Under the pieces are notes generated by a model. The model worked only from the letters and a program-made list of their open reading frames with translations. It was not told where the DNA came from and ran no database searches. The position numbers were made by a program, and so were the translations under genes. 64,000 nt of DNA from Ignisphaera sp. (GTDB taxonomy: Archaea; Thermoproteota; Thermoprotei_A; Sulfolobales; Ignisphaeraceae): contig JAWAHS010000001.1 of the NCBI GenBank assembly GCA_038889075.1, forward strand, positions 32,001-96,000, in the 5' to 3' direction. Position 1 is the stretch's first letter, and every line of letters begins with the position of its first letter. Below are positions 1-10,115 of this stretch, piece by piece.

Positions 1-317
1 CAATAGCTAGTGACGAGGAAAAGTTGAAGAATATGGTAATAGAATCTGTGAAATTGGCCAACATGACCCTTGTCGACATTAAGAGCTGGAGCTTTGGTGG
101 TAAAAAGGGTGGAGTTTCTGTAATTGCATTAGTTTTAGAGAGCCATATAGCGGTACACACATGGTTTAGCTATAGGTATGCTACGGTAGATGTATATACA
201 TGTGGTGAAAAGAGTGATCCTTGGAAAGCATTTGAATACATCATTAATACACTTAAGCCAAAGTACTATACTGTTAACTATGCAGATAGAAGCAGTTTTA
301 AAGCTATAAAAAATTGA
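1..317 (+). CDS. Pyruvoyl-dependent decarboxylase proenzyme, AdoMetDC fold, probably the crenarchaeal arginine decarboxylase paralog (5'-truncated by window)
   Basis: ESH self-cleavage motif ([12 protein letters not shown]), VDVYTCG and terminal [18 protein letters not shown] resembles Sulfolobus ArgDC rather than SpeD. Frame is open to the window edge. Confidence 0.8.
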   Translation, partial: IASDEEKLKNMVIESVKLANMTLVDIKSWSFGGKKGGVSVIALVLESHIAVHTWFSYRYATVDVYTCGEKSDPWKAFEYIINTLKPKYYTVNYADRSSFKAIKN

Positions 318-327
318 TTGAAAAGAA

Positions 328-379
328 ATGATGATTTAAAAGGCTCTGATCAAAAGGTGATGTAGCTGAGCTACTCTGA
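328..379 (+). ncRNA. Box C/D guide sRNA
   Basis: C ATGATGA 328-334, D' CTGA 346-349, C' TGATGT 358-363, D CTGA 376-379. D guide AGCTGAGCTACT is complementary to the tRNA segment GTAGCTCAGC. Confidence 0.8.
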
Positions 380-519
380 ATTGAATTCCGTTTTTTAAGA
401 TATACTGCTAAAGCTTTTTAGAATTTTTGCTAACGCTGATACATTCTAATGAAGTAACGATTACTACAGATAATGCTTGAGCTATTTTCCATGATGTGTT
501 TTCCCACCAGCGCTGTTTC

Positions 520-905
520 TAATTGGTTGTGAATTTAGTTCTATCAGTGTTGTTGGCTCTCCATGTAGGTTCACCAGCTTGATCTACAGTTCATGGGAAC
601 CTTTGAGGAGAAGACCATATTTCTCTCATCTAAGGCTAGGGTACTTTGACTTGGTGTTTATATCTTTAACCCATCTCTCAAATGGTCGCACACCCTGTAT
701 TAACATAGGTGTATATAGCTACTCTCCTTATCCTCGAGACATCTCTAAGGAGACGCTCAACCTCACTATAATGTATTCTTTGCCTACTATGAACACCGTA
801 TGTCATTACCTTTCCATTCTTAATCCACTTAATAATCTAATAATAGTAGCTTGAAATGCCTAGAATCTTAGCAGACTCTCTAATACCAAGGTAGTGTTCA
901 TTCAC
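520..905 (-). pseudogene. tnpA: Decayed IS607-family TnpA (MerR-like HTH plus serine recombinase)
   Basis: GGTGA SD then GTG at 905. Translates MNEHYLGIRESAKILGISSYYY*IIKWIKNGKV...RQRIHYSEVERLL...RVAIYTYVN, matching the archaeal IS607 TnpA pattern (KWIREGKI..YSEVERLL..VAIYARVS). Stops at 839-837 and 680-678. Core 678-905; 3' limit approximate. Confidence 0.7.
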
Positions 906-1352
906 ATCACCTTGCCATATACTTAGATATTTAGAACCATTCAAATTTATCGTAAGTGGGAAATGGTTTCCCTATACCCTTCAGTCTGTCTAATCGTAGC
1001 CTCCTGAATATCTATCCTTCATCTATCTATCTGTAACTTCATCCAGTCCGGCTCTCAGGACAGAATTTATGTATTCTCTTCTAGCAGGTACATCTACGTC
1101 AATAAGAGCATTACTTTGTATATACGTTTGGATAGGGAGTATTTATTTTGAATTCCTGTAGACTTAATCCAATACCTCTATCTGTTAGAGATGCTAGAGA
1201 TATTATCCCAAGACCCTTTATATCTACTAATTTATCTAGTCCAAATATTGCAATTCTTTTATATTTTGGCACTATGATATTCGTGTAACCTTATATATCT
1301 GGTTCAGCTTAAAGCTCACTAGTATATTAGCTAAACACTAATGTGGGTAGGT

Positions 1353-2174
1353 ATGGATAGTGTGGTTGTTATTGGGTTGGGGGAAGTTGGTAGAGCTATA
1401 TATCATATACTTAAAAATAGCATGAAATTCGATGTCTATGGATATGATACCGATCCAAGCAAAACTGTTAATAAATATGATGAAATACCACATCCAGCCG
1501 ACTTTCTTCACATAGCTTTTCCATACACCAATGAATTTATAGACATAGTCTATGGATATGTGGAACATTTCAAACCTAGTATGATAATAGTGCACTCCAC
1601 GGTCGTTCCTGGAACGACTAGAAAAATATTTCAAAAAACGGGTCTCCCAACAGTTTTTTCACCCGTCAGGGGGAAGCATCCAAATCTTGTTAAACATCTA
1701 TATTTCTGGCCAAAATGGCTCGCATCATTACCATTAGATAGAATTGAAAGAGCAGCGCATCATTTAAGTCTTGCGGGTTTTAAGGTAAGGATATATGCAG
1801 GACCTCCGGAGACTGTGGAGTTAGCGAAATTATGGGAGACTGTATATAGAGCTATAATGATAGCGTCATGGCACGAAATACATAGAATTGCCAGAATCTA
1901 TAAAGCTGAAATAGAGGCTATAGCTGAATTCGTAGGAGAAGTTCATGAAATTTTAGGGGATAGACCAATATATTATCCAGATTATATAGGTGGACACTGC
2001 CTTATACCAAATACTAAAATGCTAAGGGATGCGTATTCGTCAAAGCTCTTCGAATTTGTATTAGAATCCAATGAATTGAGATTAAAGGAATTGGATTGCA
2101 ATAATATTAGGGAAGAAATTGAAAAGGTTAAGAAAATAGCTCTGAGGTTCATAAATAAGGAGTACTATACTTAA
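1353..2174 (+). CDS. UDP-glucose/GDP-mannose dehydrogenase family protein (short form)
   Basis: Rossmann GLGEVG, HSTVVPGTT, ELAKLWET and catalytic IGGHCL. Start moved to the ATG after the GGTAGGT SD. Confidence 0.85.
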   Translation: MDSVVVIGLGEVGRAIYHILKNSMKFDVYGYDTDPSKTVNKYDEIPHPADFLHIAFPYTNEFIDIVYGYVEHFKPSMIIVHSTVVPGTTRKIFQKTGLPTVFSPVRGKHPNLVKHLYFWPKWLASLPLDRIERAAHHLSLAGFKVRIYAGPPETVELAKLWETVYRAIMIASWHEIHRIARIYKAEIEAIAEFVGEVHEILGDRPIYYPDYIGGHCLIPNTKMLRDAYSSKLFEFVLESNELRLKELDCNNIREEIEKVKKIALRFINKEYYT

Positions 2175-2262
2175 GAATTCAAATAGCTAATCTTTTTAAG
2201 GGAGGTAATCAAAAGTAGGAGAAAGAGATGGGAAACAATGGTGATGAAATATTTCAAATACT

Positions 2263-2988
2263 ATGGAGTACAATGTACCTCCTTATATAGAGGAGATGTT
2301 TAAGGTTGATTTGACAGAGAGTGATATAGAGGCTTTAAGAGAAGCATTAAAAGAGATGAGGAATACTATAACCATTAAGCTATTTACATCGGACAATAAG
2401 ATCAACTGTTTCACATGCAGTGAAACAGAGAAGTTAATGAAGATAGTAACGGATTCTAGTCCATTGATAGGGGATAGGAAAGCGGTTGAGCTAGAGATAT
2501 ATGAGGTGTCCAGGGATGGAGATGTATTTAGAGAGTATGCTGTAGAAAGAGTACCAACAATAATGTTGTTCGATGATGCCATAACGTATATCGGGATGCC
2601 TGCAGGTGAGGAAATAAAAGGATTCATTGAAACAATAATTAGGCTTAGTACAAATGACCACGGACTCTCAACAACGACAATAAAAGAATTGGCAGAACTT
2701 AGTGGACAGGCAAGAATTGAGGTAATTGTGACACCACTTTGCCCATACTGTCCCTATGCTGTATTGTTATCCAATATGCTTGCCTATGCAAGCAAGGTAT
2801 ATGGAAACGGGAATGTGAAATCTATTATTATTGAGGCTTACGAAAATCCTGATATAGCTGACAAATATGCAGTATCTACAGTACCTACAATTGCAATTAA
2901 TGGAAAGGTAGTATTTGTTGGGCTACCATACGAGGCGCAACTTCTAAATGCTATTAAGAAATTAGCATCACGGCAGATCCAGTTATAA
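2263..2988 (+). CDS. Protein disulfide oxidoreductase (two thioredoxin units)
   Basis: CFTC and CPYC motifs, VERVPT, GMPAGEE, VSTVPT. Confidence 0.9.
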   Translation: MEYNVPPYIEEMFKVDLTESDIEALREALKEMRNTITIKLFTSDNKINCFTCSETEKLMKIVTDSSPLIGDRKAVELEIYEVSRDGDVFREYAVERVPTIMLFDDAITYIGMPAGEEIKGFIETIIRLSTNDHGLSTTTIKELAELSGQARIEVIVTPLCPYCPYAVLLSNMLAYASKVYGNGNVKSIIIEAYENPDIADKYAVSTVPTIAINGKVVFVGLPYEAQLLNAIKKLASRQIQL

Positions 2989-3303
2989 TAAACGTAAACA
3001 TCCTGCATTTACCGTTTACCACAAAGAGTACAGCTAGGATAGATTAAATATGAGGGTATTTTTATATGTGCAGTTTACATATCACTATTAATGTAAATCT
3101 TTTGTTACACACTACACTGTTTGTTACGATCCGGCGAAAGTGTTAAGTGAAGGCAATCATACGTCTCTCTGTGCCTAATCCTTCTCAGCATAACTGTTCG
3201 ATATTCGTTGCCTATGTTTCCATTACAATGATCGCAATTCTACTCGATATCCTATTGTTGAAGTATGAATGTAGCTATAGCTTACGAATGTAAAATATCC
3301 AGC

Positions 3304-4236
3304 CTATAACATATGCAAACATACCTCAAACTTTGTAGAGGAATTTGGAGGAAGCCCTATCCTAACTATACTGTGCCTATAGTTATACTCGGTCAGATCA
3401 TCGATAATTATCCTAGTTAAGTATCTATAGCTTTTAATGATACTATTGACCACTCTATGTAATGGGTTAAATATCGCGAACCGGATACAATTGCTATCAA
3501 AGGTTATGGGTAGAGACAGTGTTGTGAAATCTAAGAATTCTACTAATGGGGTTTCAATATTCAGCGTAAGATTGGATGCAATTATAAAGTGGTTTAGATG
3601 ATATCTTCTCACCAGATTTATTATTGGCTCACTTGGTGAAAGCAAAATCGTATTTCTACCTGAAATGTAGAATAGACAAACTTTTCTATTTGGACACCTT
3701 ACTGTCATTAAATTACTAGATACAACGGAGAGAGTATGGTAACCACTAAATATTGCTAAGGCTCTAACACCTTCAAGTTCTGAATGTAATCTATCCCCAC
3801 TAATTGAATGCAAAACTACATTCTCATCATAATCACTGTACATCTGAATTGATGTTATATCTTTTGGAAATAGGGCAAGAATTTCCTCATCCCCTAATAG
3901 ACGCATCATTTTTAACCTATCCGAGGGAATGCTATAGATATAGAATCCATTGTTAAAGTATAAGTTGATGCCATTTATATTAAGGCGGTTAGTATATTCC
4001 TTATGAACACCCTCTAGTATATTTTCAAAGCAAAAACTTGTACCAAAGCATTTGAGAAAAACGTTCTTATCTTCCAAATCTAATAAAAAACTATCAAGTG
4101 TGTATGGTAGTGGGTTAAGATATCCATATTCCTTTCCATGATTTGAAACAACATTATTGTCATGAAGAAACTTTATGAATTCCTTTTTAATATGGTCAGC
4201 TCGCGATAATATCTTCATCAATTCTGTTGGGGGCAA
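3304..4236 (-). CDS. Hypothetical protein, possibly remote glycoside hydrolase GH38 C-terminal-like beta domains
   Basis: 310-aa ORF; only weak C-terminal resemblance (RFAIFNP...IGLPPNSSTKFEV). Confidence 0.55.
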   Translation of the reverse strand: MPPTELMKILSRADHIKKEFIKFLHDNNVVSNHGKEYGYLNPLPYTLDSFLLDLEDKNVFLKCFGTSFCFENILEGVHKEYTNRLNINGINLYFNNGFYIYSIPSDRLKMMRLLGDEEILALFPKDITSIQMYSDYDENVVLHSISGDRLHSELEGVRALAIFSGYHTLSVVSSNLMTVRCPNRKVCLFYISGRNTILLSPSEPIINLVRRYHLNHFIIASNLTLNIETPLVEFLDFTTLSLPITFDSNCIRFAIFNPLHRVVNSIIKSYRYLTRIIIDDLTEYNYRHSIVRIGLPPNSSTKFEVCLHML

Positions 4237-4323
4237 GTCTCCTCATCCCATCAGAGGCTACCACACTCCTCATTATATTTATCCTCCGTAACGGCCAAGT
4301 ACATCATCTGGTTGATTTGTCGT

Positions 4324-4629
4324 TTACATTACCTTCTGTGTATTGTTCGATCTTCGGATACTTATATATTTATGTGGGCTTATCAATAGATTCAATATCT
4401 TTACTGTAGCATAGTACCATACATATATCAATATCAATATAGATGAGAATAGAATGATTAAGCCTATTAACTGAACTAACTCAGTAGAGATAGAATTTAT
4501 AATAACACTAGTTATATAGAATGGAGTAAGTACTATAGCATGGCCTACCATGATATTCATATATAGTAGCGATATCGTTTTAATAATATTTTTATTTGAG
4601 GAGCATCTTACGGATCTCACTTGCAACAC
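4324..4629 (-). CDS. Small membrane protein (two TM helices)
   Basis: Two long hydrophobic stretches; fills an otherwise empty gap. Confidence 0.55.
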   Translation of the reverse strand: MLQVRSVRCSSNKNIIKTISLLYMNIMVGHAIVLTPFYITSVIINSISTELVQLIGLIILFSSILILIYVWYYATVKILNLLISPHKYISIRRSNNTQKVM

Positions 4630-4728
4630 AAATCACTTTGTGATATTTTACTAGCATATATACATAAAAATGTAGATGATATTATAAAGCTATATAGCAG
4701 TGTCATATGCCTTTAGGTAGATATCGAA

Positions 4729-7665
4729 ATGGAGATGGATATAAATAAATATTTTGTTGAACTAGCAATAAAATGGAGTAACAAATGGTTGAAGGAGAGA
4801 GCATTCGAGGTTAACCCTGATAAAGATACTAAGAAATTCTTCATCACGGCAGCCTTTATGTATCCTAATGGACCCATACACATCGGTCATGGCAGAACCT
4901 ATCTTATTGCAGATATAATTGCACGTTTTAAAAGACTTCAAGGATACAATACCCTGTTTCCTATGGGATTTCATTATACAGGTACACCAATAATATCGAT
5001 GGCTGAAGCTATTGCTAATGGTGATAGAGAGCTTATAGAACTTTTTAAGGATATTTACGAGGTTCCTGAAAGCGATATAGAAAGGATGAGCGATCCATTA
5101 CATTTAGCTAGATACTTTCATAGAATATCAAAGGAGACGATGTGTTTATTTGGACTATCTATAGATTGGAGAAGAGAATTTACAACAATAGATCCAGAAT
5201 TCAAATCATTTATTCACTGGCAATTCCTCAAATTACATGAAAAAGGCCTCATTGAAAAAGGAACGCATCCCGTCGGATGGTGTCCAAGGCACGAAATGCC
5301 TGTCGGCATGCATGACACTAAAGGTGATGCCGAACCCGAAATTGGAGAGTTTATAGCCATATTCTTTAAAGATAAAGACAATATGGTGTATCCAACGGCA
5401 ACACTAAGACCTGAAACAATATTTGGTGTAACGAATTTATGGATTAATCCTGAAGAAACATATGTTAAAATTAAAACGGCTGAAGGATCTATATGGATTA
5501 TAGGGGAGAAAGCTGCTAGTAGGCTAAAGCATCAATTGAATTTCGTTATAATTGAGTCAATTAAAGGAAGCAGCCTCGTTGGAATGAAGGTTCGCAATCC
5601 AATAACAAATGAGGAAATATTAGTATTACCAGCAGCATTTGTAGACGCCTCATTTGCAACAGGGATTGTGATGAGCGTTCCTGCACATGCTCCTTATGAT
5701 GCAATAGCTCTTGAAGATATGAAAAATGATCCACTGTATTCAGATATGATATCTTCTATCAAGCCAAGGATCATCATAGAAACCAATGGTAAAAGAATCG
5801 CTACAGCCTATGAAATACTGAAAAACATGAATATAAAATCACAAAATGAAAAAGAGAAACTAGATGAAGCTACAAAAGCGGTATACCTATTAGAATTGCA
5901 ATCAGGTCGTATGATACAAGAACTGTATGAAATTGTGCCAACTCCTCTGGAGAATTTAAGAGATTTCATTAAATTAAATATAGCTGGTAAAAATGTTAAG
6001 GAGGCTAGAGAAAATATAAGAAGCTATATCATTACCAGCGGGCTCGGCACCTCTATATATGAACTTCTCAATAAACCAGTCTATTGCAGATGTGGTACAG
6101 AGATTGTAGTTAAGATTCTACAGGACCAGTGGTTCATAAATTATGGCGATAATGTATGGAAAGACATGGCAAGAGAATGGCTAAAGAATATGAAAATAGT
6201 ACCACAGGAATCTGTAGCTCAATTTGAAGCAACGATTGACTGGTTAAAGAGAAGGGCGTGTGCGAGAACGAGAGGTCTGGGTGTACCACTTCCGTGGGAT
6301 AATAGGTGGATTATAGAGAGCTTGAGTGATTCAACTATATATATGGCCTTCTATACTATTATACATAAGGTAAGAGAATATGGAATTGATAGTAGTAAGC
6401 TGACTAAGGAGTTTTGGGACTATGTATTTTTAAGACAGGGTAGCGTTGAAGAGCTTTCACGTAGTTTAAATATACCTACTGGGATTCTAGAAGAGCTAAA
6501 CAGAGAATTTGAGTATTGGTACCCACTAGATGTGAGAGTTAGTGGAAAGGATCTAATACCAAACCATCTAACATTTTTTGTATTCAATCATGTTGCACTA
6601 TTTCCAAGAAAGCTATATCCTAAAGGCATTGTAGCTAATGGTTGGGTTCTTATAAAACAGCAGAAGATGAGTAAATCCGCAAGGAATATAATACCGCTAA
6701 AGAAATTGATAACTACATATGGATCTGATGTAGTTAGGTTGCTATTAGCACTAAATGCTGAAGTACACCAGGATGAGAATATAGATTACGATATGCTTGA
6801 AAAACTGTGTAAAAATGAATATCCACAGCTTCTCCGAGCGTTATTGGATGAGATAACAGAATTATTCTATAAAAAAGAATCGTTACGTGATGAGGTAAAT
6901 ACTATTGATAGGTGGTTTTGGAATGAATTTGTGTACAGAATACAAAATGTCGTTAGAGCCCTCGAGGAAGTCAGGCTTAGGGATGCTGGCATATCCATAT
7001 ATTATGATATTAGAGATTTGATAAGAGTGTATATAGGGCTTGTAGGCACTCCTAATAGAAAGTTGTTAGATGCCATCAAGGTATGGCTAGGTCTTATAAA
7101 TATCTATACACCATTTATAGCTGAAGAAATATGGAGTAGAACATTTGCAGATGGTATGCTTGCCAATAAAGTAATTGAGATACCAAAAGAGGTAGATATG
7201 GATGTGCTATTAGCTTTTAGATACGCTGATGCCATAATAGATGCAGTAAATAATATTGTTAGAGCAACTAGAAGGACACAGATACGTAGGGTTGTAATAT
7301 ATGTTGCACCACGTAGTATGCAAGTAATTATGAGGAGAATATTAGAAGAAATTGGTGCAGGCGCCAGACCATCAGAAATAATAGATAAGTTATCTAGGGA
7401 ACTGAAAGTAGATAAAAAGGGTGTTGCCTCTATACTAAAGTCGTTATATAATATAGCTACAACTGTCCGTGATGATATTAAGGAATTCTATCTAAAGTGT
7501 AGAGATGCAGATGAGCTAGAATTGCTTATGATGGCTCGTGAATACATTGTTAAAAAAATAAGAGCTGAGGTAGAAATATATTCAGCAGCAGATGATAGCG
7601 TGCCAGATCTCGGTGATAAGAAAAAAGTAGCGTTACCCTTAAGACCAGGTATATACGTTGAGTAA
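4729..7665 (+). CDS. leuS: Leucyl-tRNA synthetase (archaeal type)
   Basis: HIGH and KMSKS motifs, ATLRPET, CP1 editing motif GIVMSVPAHAPYD, C-terminal ALPLRPGIYVE. Confidence 0.97.
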   Translation: MEMDINKYFVELAIKWSNKWLKERAFEVNPDKDTKKFFITAAFMYPNGPIHIGHGRTYLIADIIARFKRLQGYNTLFPMGFHYTGTPIISMAEAIANGDRELIELFKDIYEVPESDIERMSDPLHLARYFHRISKETMCLFGLSIDWRREFTTIDPEFKSFIHWQFLKLHEKGLIEKGTHPVGWCPRHEMPVGMHDTKGDAEPEIGEFIAIFFKDKDNMVYPTATLRPETIFGVTNLWINPEETYVKIKTAEGSIWIIGEKAASRLKHQLNFVIIESIKGSSLVGMKVRNPITNEEILVLPAAFVDASFATGIVMSVPAHAPYDAIALEDMKNDPLYSDMISSIKPRIIIETNGKRIATAYEILKNMNIKSQNEKEKLDEATKAVYLLELQSGRMIQELYEIVPTPLENLRDFIKLNIAGKNVKEARENIRSYIITSGLGTSIYELLNKPVYCRCGTEIVVKILQDQWFINYGDNVWKDMAREWLKNMKIVPQESVAQFEATIDWLKRRACARTRGLGVPLPWDNRWIIESLSDSTIYMAFYTIIHKVREYGIDSSKLTKEFWDYVFLRQGSVEELSRSLNIPTGILEELNREFEYWYPLDVRVSGKDLIPNHLTFFVFNHVALFPRKLYPKGIVANGWVLIKQQKMSKSARNIIPLKKLITTYGSDVVRLLLALNAEVHQDENIDYDMLEKLCKNEYPQLLRALLDEITELFYKKESLRDEVNTIDRWFWNEFVYRIQNVVRALEEVRLRDAGISIYYDIRDLIRVYIGLVGTPNRKLLDAIKVWLGLINIYTPFIAEEIWSRTFADGMLANKVIEIPKEVDMDVLLAFRYADAIIDAVNNIVRATRRTQIRRVVIYVAPRSMQVIMRRILEEIGAGARPSEIIDKLSRELKVDKKGVASILKSLYNIATTVRDDIKEFYLKCRDADELELLMMAREYIVKKIRAEVEIYSAADDSVPDLGDKKKVALPLRPGIYVE

Positions 7666-7714
7666 TTAAAGCTTATTTAATTTTCACCTTAAAGAGAAAG
7701 ACCGGTGAATTGCG

Positions 7715-7963
7715 GTGAGCACATTAGAGACCTCTAAATCTAAGATTAGAAGAGTTGAGGTAAGGAAAATAATAGGACGTAAAAATGTGAAAGATAAAGT
7801 ATATAGCTATGAGTATTTCACTCTATCATTGAATCTCTATATACCAAGAAGTATTGTTGAGAAGTTTGGTGCCGACTTCATAATTATAAGAGATGAAGAA
7901 CAAGGAATTATAACGATAATGCCACAGAAATTAGCTGAAAAGAAGGGTATAAAAATAGGATAG
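7715..7963 (+). CDS. Small basic crenarchaeal protein, possibly AbrB-like DNA-binding fold
   Basis: GGTGA SD; Lys/Arg-rich; LYIPRSIVEKFG followed by beta strands (IIIRDEEQGIITIMP). Confidence 0.7.
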   Translation: MSTLETSKSKIRRVEVRKIIGRKNVKDKVYSYEYFTLSLNLYIPRSIVEKFGADFIIIRDEEQGIITIMPQKLAEKKGIKIG

Positions 7964-8069
7964 AAATGATTTGGTGTACTATGAAAAATCTATATATATA
8001 GCCACACCCTATCCTTCAAATTTATCAATCCTTAAATGAGTAGTAATAAGGAGGTGTAGGGTAAGGGAT

Positions 8070-9260
8070 ATGGTGGACGGTAATCCCCAGTTTTACATAT
8101 TAGATGATGATAGGATTAGAAAGGGAGAAGCAACAGATATCTACTTTATTAGAAGTAGAGATATATTAGAGAAATACGGTTTGTGTGATAGAAAGGTAAG
8201 GTACGAAATTCATGCCTATAGTCTTCCAAAAAACTATAAATGGGCTGTTTTCACAGGACTTGAGGAGGCAATAGCTCTTTTGGCAGATAGAAATATAACG
8301 TTTTACTCTTTACCTGAGGGTACAATATTTAAAGAGATCCAACCGCTAGCGGTGGTAGAGGGAAGGGTATGCGATATCATACATCTTGAAACAGCGTTGC
8401 TCGGTATTTTGAGATTCTATTCTAGTATATCGACGAAAGCGGCAAGGATTAAAAAGTTGGCAGGGGATAAGCAGGTCTTATTTTTTGGATTGAGGGCACA
8501 GCATCCAGCAATCGCTCCGGCATTGGATAGAGCTGCATACATAGGAGGTTGTGATGCCGTATCGGGTGTATCTAGTAAAGAATTCATGGGTATAGAACCT
8601 AAGGGAACAATGCCACATGTATTAATAATAGTCTTTGGCGACCCAGTCAAAGCATTCCAAGCCTTTGATGAGACGATACCTAAAGAAGTCTCTAGAATAG
8701 CGCTGGTCGATACGTTTTATGACGAACGGTATGAGAGTGTGTTGGCAACACAAGTTTTTGGAAAGAAGTTATGGGGAGTACGCTTGGATACTCCAAGGAG
8801 TAGAAGAGGAGATATCTATATGATAGCCCAGGAGGTTAAATGGACACTCAAATTACATGGTTTTAGCGATGTTAAGATTATTATTAGTGGTGGCATTGAT
8901 GAGGATAACATCATAAGATTGAAAGAAGTTGCAGATGGCTTTGGTGTGGGAACTTCCATAGCTTTTCCACCGTCTGTTGACTTAAGTATGGATGTAGTCG
9001 AAATTTATAATGAAGATACAAAAATGTGGATTCCTATTACCAAACGAGGTAAACTCCCTGGAATGAAACAACTCTATAGATGTAGACCCATTTACGAAGA
9101 CTACATAGATATTCCAGGTAAGGAGATAATGTGTAGCGATGGTTCTTTAGCTAAACCAATGCTTGTTAAGTATTTAGACAATGGTCGGCTAGTAAAGGAT
9201 CTCCCATCACCACAAGAGATAAGGGGGTATGTCCTCGAACAACTTGCCCATATAGAGTGA
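8070..9260 (+). CDS. pncB: Nicotinate phosphoribosyltransferase
   Basis: TDIYF, FGLR, GTMPH, LVDTF, GVRLDTP, SGGIDE, FGVGT. Confidence 0.93.
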   Translation: MVDGNPQFYILDDDRIRKGEATDIYFIRSRDILEKYGLCDRKVRYEIHAYSLPKNYKWAVFTGLEEAIALLADRNITFYSLPEGTIFKEIQPLAVVEGRVCDIIHLETALLGILRFYSSISTKAARIKKLAGDKQVLFFGLRAQHPAIAPALDRAAYIGGCDAVSGVSSKEFMGIEPKGTMPHVLIIVFGDPVKAFQAFDETIPKEVSRIALVDTFYDERYESVLATQVFGKKLWGVRLDTPRSRRGDIYMIAQEVKWTLKLHGFSDVKIIISGGIDEDNIIRLKEVADGFGVGTSIAFPPSVDLSMDVVEIYNEDTKMWIPITKRGKLPGMKQLYRCRPIYEDYIDIPGKEIMCSDGSLAKPMLVKYLDNGRLVKDLPSPQEIRGYVLEQLAHIE

Positions 9261-9317
9261 TGTTTGTAGGAGATCAGTTTTTAAATTCTTATAAGCCTAA
9301 TATATTATCAGGTATAT

Positions 9318-10025
9318 TTGATGAGGATCATAGTTATAAAAATTGATGATAAGCTGTATGAAGAACTTGAGAAAAGGGTGAAGGATGAAGGTCTTCTAAC
9401 TATTTCAGAATACATAAGGTCTCTCATAATGAGAGAGCTAGGTAAACAAAGTGTGGATGAGGTGGGTGATGCTTCAAGGAGATCTCAATTGGTATTGGAT
9501 AGAATTGTTTCGTTGGTAGAGAGGAGAATTCAAGATAGAATAAATCCCTTTACTTTTAAGATAGATGAATTGAGTAGAAAAACAGCTGAAGTTATAGAAA
9601 GAATCGAAGGAATAGAACAGAAAATTGTAGAAATAGAAGAAAAGTTAAAAACAAGAGGCGAAACTGAGACACGTATGAAAGTGGAACACAAGACTGCTAG
9701 GAAAACAGCTATCGATATATTAAAGGAGCAGAAAGTTATATTTGAAAGAGATATTGCTAGTCGAATTAAAGATAGAGAGAGTTTCTTTGCAAAACTTGAA
9801 CAAAGTAGTGCAAAGGTTATTGAAGCAAAAGATGAGAGGATAGCTGTTGACCCAAACTTTTGGGAAAGCTTTATAAGAAAGCTATCAACGATAACTACAA
9901 ATAATGATGATGATATCAAGAAGATACTGGACTCTATAGAAAGTAGATTGTTCTATAAATTAAAGGAATCTGCATTATTAGTATATGATAACATAACTAA
10001 AAAATGGCATATACTAATAACATGA
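9318..10025 (+). CDS. Ribbon-helix-helix (CopG-like) protein with coiled coil
   Basis: N-terminal IIVIKIDDKLYEELEKRV..TISEYIRSLI RHH signature; heptad-rich middle region. Confidence 0.8.
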   Translation: MMRIIVIKIDDKLYEELEKRVKDEGLLTISEYIRSLIMRELGKQSVDEVGDASRRSQLVLDRIVSLVERRIQDRINPFTFKIDELSRKTAEVIERIEGIEQKIVEIEEKLKTRGETETRMKVEHKTARKTAIDILKEQKVIFERDIASRIKDRESFFAKLEQSSAKVIEAKDERIAVDPNFWESFIRKLSTITTNNDDDIKKILDSIESRLFYKLKESALLVYDNITKKWHILIT

Positions 10026-10026
10026 G

Positions 10027-10087
10027 CTGATGAAAGCCCAGCCCGTCCTGAGCTAGAAGGTGCTATGATGTTAGAATCCCCAACTGA
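10027..10087 (+). ncRNA. Box C/D guide sRNA
   Basis: C CTGATGA 10027-33, D' CTGA 10048-51, C' ATGATGT 10065-71, D CTGA 10084-87. Guides of 14 and 12 nt; starts right after the upstream stop codon. Confidence 0.75.
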
Positions 10088-10115
10088 TTCTTATCTAATA
10101 GTACTATACTCATCT

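Noticed and set aside
579-854. 91-aa plus-strand ORF
   Set aside because: Antisense shadow of the IS607 tnpA relic; no recognisable protein features.
2989-3303. 315-nt intergenic gap checked for ncRNA or small ORFs
   Set aside because: No C/D boxes, tRNA fold, repeats or convincing ORF seen.
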